Origin: an uncultured Oligoflexales bacterium
Lineage (GTDB): Bacteria > Bdellovibrionota_B > Oligoflexia > Oligoflexales > CAZLMG01
DNA: 64,000 bases
Direction: 5' to 3'
Assembly: GCA_964560765.1 (NCBI GenBank)
Contig: CAZLMG010000001.1
Coordinates: 202,903-266,902, forward strand
Shown here: positions 19,802-27,356 of the stretch, piece by piece
Numbering within the stretch: position 1 is the stretch's first letter
Layout: every line of letters begins with the position of its first letter
Made by a program: the position numbers and the translations under genes
The notes under the pieces: generated by a model
What the model saw: the letters and a program-made list of their open reading frames with translations, nothing else
The model's database searches: none
Told to the model about the DNA's origin: nothing

Positions 19802-20616
19802 GGTATTTTGCTGCCCTGTGGCGCGATCGACCACGGGATCTCGTCGATGCCTTTGCCTGGTCCAATTTAACCTTTCTTGCGGTGGATATCCTTGTTGCGC
19901 ATTCCGCCAATCAGTTCAAGCATCGCGAGGAATGGATACCTTTTTTCTTTTCAGTTTTTTGTGCTGTGCCGCTTATCCTTTCCCTGCGTCGAATCTGCAA
20001 TCCTGCCGCCGAACCAGTCAGTCTAAGAATGGTCAAAATCTGCGGCGGCATCAGCATTCTCATCGGCATTTCGGGACTCGGCTATCACCTTGCGAGCCAA
20101 TTCTTGCGCCAGCAGACCATCAAAAACCTCGTCTATACCGCACCTCTGATTGCACCCCTGGCTTACGCCGGTATTGGCCTGCTATTACTCTTCAATCGCA
20201 CCACCCGCGAGTCGCGCGATTGGGCACACGCCATGTTGTTTCTAGCCATCGGCGGGTTCTTCGGCAACTTCGTTCTCACCCTGTGCGATCACGCGCAAAA
20301 TGGCTTCTTTTATCGTGAGGAGTGGGTCGCCGTGATCAGTGCGGCACTTGCCGTAGGCTTTCTTTCGGCCACGATACTGATGACTCCAGGTGGGGCATGG
20401 CCCCGCATCATAGGTTCGGTGATGGCACTGCAAGCCATCGTTGGGATGGTTGGACTCGGCTTTCACCTGCGCGGCGAGATTCTACAACGCGGCTTGACCT
20501 GGGACGCTCTCGTCTTTGGCCCTCCCATATTTGCACCTTTGCTCTATCCAAACCTCGCCATCGTTGCCGCATTTGGGCTATTTGAGCTCTATCGTCGCAA
20601 AGATCCGATTCTCTAG
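19798..20616 (+). CDS. 8-TM membrane protein with internal 4-TM duplication and four conserved His; candidate haem-b/quinone-interacting partner
   Basis: ATG 19798 overlaps the cytochrome stop (ATGA). The two halves align: AHSANQFKHREEW / DHAQNGFFYREEW, GLGYHL / GLGFHL, TAPLIAPLAY / GPPIFAPLLY. The 5' extension in the ORF track (19660) lies inside the upstream gene and is Arg-rich junk. Confidence 0.7.
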   Translation: MRYFAALWRDRPRDLVDAFAWSNLTFLAVDILVAHSANQFKHREEWIPFFFSVFCAVPLILSLRRICNPAAEPVSLRMVKICGGISILIGISGLGYHLASQFLRQQTIKNLVYTAPLIAPLAYAGIGLLLLFNRTTRESRDWAHAMLFLAIGGFFGNFVLTLCDHAQNGFFYREEWVAVISAALAVGFLSATILMTPGGAWPRIIGSVMALQAIVGMVGLGFHLRGEILQRGLTWDALVFGPPIFAPLLYPNLAIVAAFGLFELYRRKDPIL

Positions 20617-20644
20617 ACATCAGGTCATTGCGCGCAAGCGCCGC

Positions 20645-21619
20645 TTAGCGAAAACGCAAGACGCTGCGGGCAAGGGCGTCGAAGGAATCCTCGGTATAAA
20701 TCTGTACATATGGACAATCGCGAATGTCGGCCACGTACTCGGCCTTGAAGGCTGGGTCCGCCGTCTGCAATGCCTGCAACTGCTCGGAGGTCATTTCGGT
20801 CACATTCATCGAGCCGTTGGTTTGACCATTCTCGCCAGACGAACCGCGCTTGATATAGCCCAGAAGTCGGCCGACAGGATCAAGAACAATAAAATATCGC
20901 ATGTAGTGGCCTGGACCTGAATCGACGTGCATAAAATCGATGTTACAAACAAAACGACCGTCCGACTGAACCTCCGTCATGCGCCCGCGTGCGCAGTGCG
21001 CTGCGAGACCGGCCCGGGTATAGAATTGAAATGGCGTGGTGATAAGGCCTGGGGTCGTGTTGTTGCCACCGACCAGAAAATTTTGGAAGTCGGCCTTGAT
21101 CGGCGCCGGCAACCAGGTCACATCAAGCCGACTACGGGTTGGCTTCGAAATCGGCGCCGAATAGATTTTGCTGTTAGCTCCCTCTTTCACCACATAATGA
21201 CACTGATAATCCTTGGCGGGATCCAGCTCGACATTCTCAAAACTAACATAAGGCGGACGACCGTTGCGCATGCGCATAGAAGCGTCAAAATAAAATGCTC
21301 CCATCACCTTGTCCATTTCATCTGCTAGAATCACCGCCTCAACATAGGAGTTGGCCCGCTGTTCAATATCCATATAAACCGTGATGTTGGATCGGGAGCT
21401 GAGATTGCTGCGACTGCCCAAATGCACACCATCGATCCAAAAATACAATTGCTTTTCCAATTTCTCGGTTGTGCCGCGCTCGGGCAGCTCAACTTCGCAT
21501 TTTTCCTCGGCCAATAGCCGCTGCGGCGAGACAAACATGCCGAGAAATCCATAGGTCCCTGTCATGCGCAAGAGCTCGCGACGATCCATCCGAACGGCTG
21601 ATGTCTTTGCGGTTGCCAT
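20645..21619 (-). CDS. Tat-signal exported protein, function unknown
   Basis: N-terminal RMDRRELLRMTGTYGFLGMFV (twin-arginine motif plus an h-region). 324 aa, with no confident domain call. Confidence 0.6.
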   Translation of the reverse strand: MATAKTSAVRMDRRELLRMTGTYGFLGMFVSPQRLLAEEKCEVELPERGTTEKLEKQLYFWIDGVHLGSRSNLSSRSNITVYMDIEQRANSYVEAVILADEMDKVMGAFYFDASMRMRNGRPPYVSFENVELDPAKDYQCHYVVKEGANSKIYSAPISKPTRSRLDVTWLPAPIKADFQNFLVGGNNTTPGLITTPFQFYTRAGLAAHCARGRMTEVQSDGRFVCNIDFMHVDSGPGHYMRYFIVLDPVGRLLGYIKRGSSGENGQTNGSMNVTEMTSEQLQALQTADPAFKAEYVADIRDCPYVQIYTEDSFDALARSVLRFR

Positions 21620-21628
21620 GAGTCTCTC

Positions 21629-22603
21629 CTAACCTACGCGCAACATGGTGCGCACATATGTGTTGCCGGAAAGCTGATAGGTACAAAAAAGCGGAAACTC
21701 ACTGAGGCCACTTTCACCATCGATGTCGATGAGGCGGCCCATTACATCGGTCGTAATGCCAAGCACGCCAGCACCCTTGGTCCATGTCGCTGCTGCCAAT
21801 GCGGTCAGAAGAGTGCGGGCTCCCGGGCCACCATTGGCATCGGGATACGTAACGGTGGCGTCACTGTTGAATCCTGTTAGAGCACCCTGACCAAACTGGG
21901 CGACGCTCTGGTTACCGAGAAAACCATTGGGAATGCTCTGCTGCCCTAAATCCAGAACCGGCATTCCCTCGTACTCATTAAAGAACTGAACGGGACGCAC
22001 GCACTTTCGTATCGAACCGTCTTCCCGCGTCAGCAGGATCTGCCAACTCTCGTGTTGCCCCAATGAAATGTTGTCAATGACGATGGGCCGAAACTCCTCG
22101 CCGATCCGGTCAGCCGCATTCAGGCGACGAAAATACACCGGCGAACCATCGCCGCGAAGCAGTCGAAACTCTGTAAACTTAGCACCGGCGGGAAACAGTA
22201 AAGCCAAAAGTGCCGAAGCGCGCCGTCCATAAAGTTTGAATTCGGGAGTTAAACTTGCATCGGCGTCCGGTATGGTTTCCGGAGCAGGAGGCGTACACAG
22301 AACGACCTCGGCAGGTCCCTCACCTGTATTGCGTTCGCCTGCGGCATTATCGGCGTCGCCTTGATCGCCGCCCCCCGCATCGATGGTGCGACCTTTCGCC
22401 GCAAAAAACCGCGTGGTCCCGCAACCCGCCAGTACCAGCATGCCAACGGAGCCTTGGACCAGCGTCTGCAGCCAGCGGCGCCGGAGTGGTACGGTTGCTA
22501 AGCCTTCCTGGCTTGCGACCGTTTTAACCGGACTAACCTCCAGTGATGCCTCATCGGCGACCGCCTGTCCTTGGCGCTGAGCATCCATGCTCCCTCCATC
22601 CAT
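21629..22603 (-). CDS. Tat-type lipoprotein, function unknown
   Basis: PLRRRWLQTLVQGSVGMLVLAGC is a twin-arginine motif followed by the lipobox LAGC, then a Gly/Asp-rich linker. It lies 9 nt upstream of the next gene, suggesting an operon. Confidence 0.6.
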   Translation of the reverse strand: MDGGSMDAQRQGQAVADEASLEVSPVKTVASQEGLATVPLRRRWLQTLVQGSVGMLVLAGCGTTRFFAAKGRTIDAGGGDQGDADNAAGERNTGEGPAEVVLCTPPAPETIPDADASLTPEFKLYGRRASALLALLFPAGAKFTEFRLLRGDGSPVYFRRLNAADRIGEEFRPIVIDNISLGQHESWQILLTREDGSIRKCVRPVQFFNEYEGMPVLDLGQQSIPNGFLGNQSVAQFGQGALTGFNSDATVTYPDANGGPGARTLLTALAAATWTKGAGVLGITTDVMGRLIDIDGESGLSEFPLFCTYQLSGNTYVRTMLRVG

Positions 22604-22994
22604 GCTTCTTGCTTTGCGAACGAATCAGTATTGGCTACGCTAGGGGCTTGCAATGACGATGCCGAGCAGACGAATCCCCCCGCTAAACTCTATTTTTCTA
22701 TTAGTTTCGGAGAGTTAAGTCAAACTCGATCCCGCGCGCGACGGAATTGGCGACTGCTCATAGCAGCGGCAAGTCTTTCTTGCATCCTAATTAATCATTA
22801 ATATTTACATATATTTATCTCGTTTCGACGGCACTATTTCGCAAACAAAACAACTAGTATCCGCAATATTGATAGTCATCATGATAAGTTAACGTTTTAC
22901 ATTTGCCTCGAACTGCCGTCTTCCGTCGCTTGAGCTTTCGCCAGTTTCGCCGAAAAGTAGTGGGCGTGGCATCACATTCAAGGAGTTGCCCACG

Positions 22995-23453
22995 GTGAGG
23001 TTTTCCAGACAAGCGGGCATGGGCATGATCCAGGCGATGATGGTCATTGCCCTGGTAAGCGTTGCCGCCGTCATCGGCGTGTCCACCGTTGCTCACCAAT
23101 TTAAGGTTCGCCGAGCCATGCTGCTCAAAGGACAAGTCGCCGATCTGCGCAGCATCGCCCAGTCCCGCATCGACTGCCATAAAACTCTCATTGCTAGCGG
23201 TATCGATTGCTCGATTGATCGGGTGATCCCAGGGCTGGATGCAGCTGGCAACCAAGTCATCGCCATACCTGAACAGCGTTACGGCGGCACCTTGGCACTG
23301 CGCGTGCTTTGCGGGCCCGCGATTGGCCCAAATCACCTTCAGATTCAGTACAAAATGTATGACGGTGCCACGGCAACGGCTTTGCACCCTCTCAGCGGCC
23401 AGCCCATGGACTGGGATAGCGTCACCCAAGACATCCCGATAACCTGCCAATAG
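22995..23453 (+). CDS. pilin-like small exported protein (paralog A)
   Basis: The start is likely GTG 22995, with AGGAG at 22981-22985; the ORF track uses TTG 22986. It has a short basic leader, then G-MGMIQAMMVIALVSVAAVIG, a hydrophobic helix, and two Cys pairs. It is clearly paralogous to 35608..36159. Confidence 0.5.
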   Translation: MRFSRQAGMGMIQAMMVIALVSVAAVIGVSTVAHQFKVRRAMLLKGQVADLRSIAQSRIDCHKTLIASGIDCSIDRVIPGLDAAGNQVIAIPEQRYGGTLALRVLCGPAIGPNHLQIQYKMYDGATATALHPLSGQPMDWDSVTQDIPITCQ

Positions 23454-23579
23454 TTATCATATTTCCAGCATTCGCTTACATCACCTTGATTCGCCCTCAG
23501 GACTCTGATACTTGGGCCCGTCGGCTTCCGGAAACGTCTCGGAAACCGCGACGAAAACGACCCAACGAACAGAGCCTGT

Positions 23580-24041
23580 ATGAGCACCAAAAGTACTTGT
23601 CAGTTGCTAGTGCTGATCATCGGAACACTCTTGCTATCTGGGTTCAGCAACGTGGTAGTGCGCGCCAGGTACTGGCAATGCAATATGCAAGTCGACGGGC
23701 GACTGGCGGGCGATGTTTTAATCTACGACAGTGGCAGCATTCTGTCCCTTTACTCCACATCGGAAATCAACACCCGATTCGGGGCTATTCCCCGCGGCCG
23801 GTCCTTGAACTTGCAATACGTCGCCAACACCATGGAACCAAATGACCGCTATCACTATGGTGACGCGACGTCTTTATTCAACACAGGGACCGTGATTTAC
23901 CAAGCCGAGATTCGGCTGCTGAAAGCGGCGGAATCCGCTGCGGCTCCTCGGCGCTTGCATGTAGCCGTCGAAACACCCGAAAAACCAGTCCTGACGGTTG
24001 TCTATGAGGCCGTCCTAACTTGTGAAGAGTATGGCAAATGA
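23580..24041 (+). CDS. hypothetical exported protein
   Basis: Signal-peptide-like N-terminus CQLLVLIIGTLLLSGFS. Its stop overlaps the yhbY start (ATGA at 24038-24041). Confidence 0.5.
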   Translation: MSTKSTCQLLVLIIGTLLLSGFSNVVVRARYWQCNMQVDGRLAGDVLIYDSGSILSLYSTSEINTRFGAIPRGRSLNLQYVANTMEPNDRYHYGDATSLFNTGTVIYQAEIRLLKAAESAAAPRRLHVAVETPEKPVLTVVYEAVLTCEEYGK

Positions 24042-24358
24042 CTTCCAAATTGACTCCGCGACAAAAGAAGTACCTGAAGGGCCTCGCACACCATCTAGAC
24101 CCGGTGGTTTCGGTGGGAAAAGGCGGAGTCAGTGCAGAGCTAATTAAGTCGGTTGAACAATGCCTGAAGGCTAAAGAGCTGATCAAAGTGCGCGTGTTCA
24201 CTGACAATCGCGACATCTGCGCTGAAGCCCTAACGGCCATCTCCCAGCAGGTGAATGCACAGCTGATTCAATCTATTGGTCACATCGGCGTCATGTATCG
24301 CGCTAGCCCAAAGCGCAAGATTGAACTTCCGGCGCACTCCGGCGTCCGAAAATCCTAG
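24038..24358 (+). CDS. yhbY: ribosome-assembly RNA-binding protein YhbY (CRM domain)
   Basis: LTPRQKKYLKGLAHHLDPVVSVGKGGVSAELIKSVEQCLKAKELIKVRV is the typical YhbY pattern. 106 aa. Confidence 0.85.
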   Translation: MTSKLTPRQKKYLKGLAHHLDPVVSVGKGGVSAELIKSVEQCLKAKELIKVRVFTDNRDICAEALTAISQQVNAQLIQSIGHIGVMYRASPKRKIELPAHSGVRKS

Positions 24359-24544
24359 GCAAGCAAAGCAGTGAACCCATTTGGCTACAGGTCGTTACTC
24401 TTTCGCGACATTCTTGCGCCGCCAATGCTGCCGAGCCGACAGCGGCAATTCTAGCGTCACCGCAGCAAAAATACCGAATTTTAAGCCCTCTCTTACTGGC
24501 ATGACTATTGCTTTGTGCTGAAGTGCAACAGAATGGAGGAGAGT

Positions 24545-25036
24545 ATGTTTGCACGGCTTGCAACGACTACAGTTGTCCCACACACTGTCTCTGAGACTGA
24601 TGCGCCCGTCAAGAATGTAGGACTTTGGATAGATAGTCACCGTGCCGAATTCGTTTTTATCGTTGATGGCAGGGTGGAACGCAAGACCATCGAAAGCCAC
24701 CTCGAGCATCGTAGTCGTACGACCGGTGGTACCCGCTCTTCGACTCCTTATCGGGAATATACTCTGATCAGCGAGAAGGTGGATCAATCTGCTCGAAGGC
24801 AGATACTTTCTCGCTATTACGATCAGGTTTTAAACGAGCTTGCTGGAGCTGCTCGCTTCTTCATCATTGGCCCTGGCGTGACCAAACAGGAGCTCAAGAA
24901 TCGAATCGATCGTCACCGAAGCCTGCACGCAGCGTTTGAAGGCGCTCATTCTGCTGAGCAGGAGTCGGAAAACCAATTGGTCGAGAGAGTACGTGAGTAC
25001 TTCAACGGCCCATCCGCACGACGCCTACCCCACTGA
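24545..25036 (+). CDS. hypothetical protein, possibly Host_attach / bacterial eRF1-like fold
   Basis: The start is set at ATG 24545, preceded by GGAGGAG. The motif AGAARFFIIGPGVTKQELKNRI resembles the GPG..K segment of the eRF1/Pelota central domain and host-attachment family proteins. This is from memory only. Confidence 0.4.
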   Translation: MFARLATTTVVPHTVSETDAPVKNVGLWIDSHRAEFVFIVDGRVERKTIESHLEHRSRTTGGTRSSTPYREYTLISEKVDQSARRQILSRYYDQVLNELAGAARFFIIGPGVTKQELKNRIDRHRSLHAAFEGAHSAEQESENQLVERVREYFNGPSARRLPH

Positions 25037-25284
25037 CTGCCTGTATTTCCACACTCCTTTCTCCACTTGCGGCCGGGAATTAGCGCACCCGGCCCCGTCC
25101 TTTCCTGCCGTCGATCTTACGCCGCAAAACTGCCAACCCCCTTCAGACAACCTGCTGAAATATCAATGATTTCAGCAAAAAAAAAGTCTCTCTCAACTTC
25201 CAAGGGTCCATCGCCGATAAGTTTTCTGATAGCGATTCATAGATGCCCAACTAGGCCCGCTAGCTACTGAAGGAGGGTGGACAA

Positions 25285-26046
25285 ATGTCCCACCATTTTA
25301 CTCGCGTGATCTTGTCGGCTGCCGCCTGCCTCACTTTGAGCTGCTCGGCGGGCAAAAGCGTCGAAGAGGGAGAGCCGCAAAGCTACTCGCAAGATGCAGT
25401 AACCAGTGGCGTACGTCGAAGCTCGGACGAAGACGGCGTATTGGTGGGAGGCAAGAAGTTCAAAATCACGGCTGCGGCACAAAGCACAAGAATGGCGCTT
25501 CAGGACCAAGACAGCGGCGGCGAAAGTTCCGAACCCGGCGATGAAAATGGAACTCCGTCGGACGATGAGCTGCAGCAATTGACCAGCACCTGTGGTACCA
25601 AGCCTACCACCGTACTCAAGTTGACCGGGCGTCAAACGCCCACCGATGCCAGCAGCGAGTTCACTGCGAATAGTGATTCCATGACCGCCATTGTTCTGAC
25701 CGGCACAAGTAATCAATTCACCGTTAATATCGCTCCGATTGCGAACACTTCGGCAGCGAATGGCGAAGGTAACGATGCGGCCGCCGCACGCCTCACGGTC
25801 GGTCAAGTTTGCGTTGTTATACGCGGTAACGACAACTTGGCGAGCGCAAGCTTTACAGGCGCCGATCTTGCAAAACTACACATGGAAGTAAGCGGTAATA
25901 GCAGCGGCACGATTGCGTTACAAGATGCTACGGTCGTTGAATTTAGCAGCAGCGTCGCAGGCAATGGATCCATCAACATGACAGGTGCCGCTGATTCATG
26001 CAGTCATATTGTAGCCGCAGGAAACGGCAAAGTGACCTGCTCTTAG
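25285..26046 (+). CDS. lipoprotein with beta-helix-like C-terminal repeats, function unknown
   Basis: MSHHFTRVILSAAACLTLSC gives lipobox LTLSC, with GAAGGAGGG upstream. The C-terminus has repetitive xSGNxSGTI / AGNGSI / AGNGKV segments reminiscent of GIN/DUF2807-type domains; that similarity call is low confidence. Confidence 0.55.
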   Translation: MSHHFTRVILSAAACLTLSCSAGKSVEEGEPQSYSQDAVTSGVRRSSDEDGVLVGGKKFKITAAAQSTRMALQDQDSGGESSEPGDENGTPSDDELQQLTSTCGTKPTTVLKLTGRQTPTDASSEFTANSDSMTAIVLTGTSNQFTVNIAPIANTSAANGEGNDAAAARLTVGQVCVVIRGNDNLASASFTGADLAKLHMEVSGNSSGTIALQDATVVEFSSSVAGNGSINMTGAADSCSHIVAAGNGKVTCS

Positions 26047-27296
26047 GATCTGTCACCACCGATGCGCTTACTGGCGAATACGACGAGCCAGCGGGTCGTG
26101 CCACCGTGCACAAACTGCAGCAGTTGAACGCGATGACTTTCGCGCACCCGATCGATCCAAGGCTTGGCAATGGCCATATCCGGACAGATGATAAAGCCCC
26201 CAGCCGACGGCGCCTTTGAGACACGCGTTGCGAGCTGCTCATACTGCCTCTCGGCCGTCTCTCGGTCCCCGAGGCGTTCCCCATAAGGCGGATTCAGGAG
26301 AATAAGTCGAGGTTCATCCTGCCAAATCTCCGCGGACTGCGTCTGCAAGACATCTTCTTGGCGAACATCGAGGCTCCAGCTCTCACGTCGAAGTGGCTCC
26401 AAGAACGCCGCGATATTGGTTCGAAGGGCATCGCACTGCACCGCATCATCCTCAATAAAAATCAACCTCTGGCCCAAGACGCTCAGAGCCTGATCGGCAA
26501 TCTTTCGCCGCAAGAAGGCTATTGTATCCGATGGTGCGATGGGTGCCGTGATTCCCGCATAATCGTCGCGCCAAAGGGAAGGTGCTAAACCATGCAAGGC
26601 AATCGCCATTTCAAATCCCAAAGTGCCACTACCAGCAAAGGGAACAAAAATTGGCAACTGACGAGCGTCAACATTTGCGCCGAGGAAGGTCAAAAAGTGA
26701 CGGCAAATGTTCTGCGCCAGATCTTCGCGCATGGATGCCTTGGCTCGCAACACGCGCTTATAACCGCGATAATAGAGAGGCCGACCACCCTGGTTCGTCC
26801 ACAAGGTTACCAGATCTCCATGGATGAAGATCTTTAAACGGTAACTAGCTTGCGCCTTCGGCGCCAAAGTCCAGCCACTCTTGGCAAGAACGCCCTCGAC
26901 GACTTCTTTATGCCGACCTTCGTGAAAAAAAGGACTGCGTCGCGCTTGAACATCCACAGAAACGACCGCATTCTCTGGAAGGTGCCGGCTAAGAACGCTC
27001 TCTTCGAGAAGCTTGACAACATCGATTGCCCGATTCATCCGGCGACTGCCAAGTTTCAAACGCAAATCGCGCAGAGTGACCGCGCGCAAGGTAAGCTCCA
27101 TGAGCTGGCGATAGGAAATCTGATTGATAGTGATGCCGTCAGCGCCCGCAGTCGCTGCCAGGCCAAACTTGTCACTCACGAAACTTTGAATGGCGATGCC
27201 TTGGATTTCGCGCAAAGCATACTCACGGAAGTCAACCGGGCACAGGGCCTTGACGGTATGCGGCGACCCCAACCAGTGTTTATCCTGACGTGGCAC
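26043..27296 (-). CDS. THUMP-domain class I SAM-dependent RNA methyltransferase (RlmL/YpsC-like)
   Basis: Catalytic LLNPPYGERLG motif and the SAM-binding segment PFAGSGTLGFE. The N-terminal region has THUMP-like size. 417 aa. Confidence 0.75.
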   Translation of the reverse strand: MPRQDKHWLGSPHTVKALCPVDFREYALREIQGIAIQSFVSDKFGLAATAGADGITINQISYRQLMELTLRAVTLRDLRLKLGSRRMNRAIDVVKLLEESVLSRHLPENAVVSVDVQARRSPFFHEGRHKEVVEGVLAKSGWTLAPKAQASYRLKIFIHGDLVTLWTNQGGRPLYYRGYKRVLRAKASMREDLAQNICRHFLTFLGANVDARQLPIFVPFAGSGTLGFEMAIALHGLAPSLWRDDYAGITAPIAPSDTIAFLRRKIADQALSVLGQRLIFIEDDAVQCDALRTNIAAFLEPLRRESWSLDVRQEDVLQTQSAEIWQDEPRLILLNPPYGERLGDRETAERQYEQLATRVSKAPSAGGFIICPDMAIAKPWIDRVRESHRVQLLQFVHGGTTRWLVVFASKRIGGDRS

Positions 27297-27356
27297 GGAG
27301 ACCTCAAGGCTATGCGAAGGAATACGGCGGCGGTTGTTTTCCCGCCGCCTAAATAA

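Noticed and set aside
20628-20637. The perfect palindrome ttgcgcgcaa between the convergent genes at 20616 and 20645, considered as a bidirectional terminator.
   Set aside because: It is too short and has no loop, so it cannot form a stable hairpin, and there is no flanking T or A run.
20645-21619. Superoxide-reductase/desulfoferrodoxin-like iron site in the Tat protein (MHVDSGPGHYMRYF resembles the H-x5-H-Y-I segment of SOR).
   Set aside because: The spacing differs (H-x6-H), and the C-terminal CxxH ligand motif of SOR is absent (only DCPYVQ). The evidence is too thin to make the call.
22986-23453. Annotating the two paralogs as bona fide type IV pilins.
   Set aside because: The prepilin peptidase signature (G/FTLIE, with Glu at +5) is missing in both, and no pilus biogenesis genes are nearby. 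They are kept as pilin-like only.
25154-25185. The hairpin gctgaaat-atcaatg-atttcagc followed by A9.
   Set aside because: The homopolymer is an A-run on the plus strand, so on the minus strand the T-run precedes the stem. It does not form a canonical intrinsic terminator for either flanking gene, and the stem is short and AT-rich.
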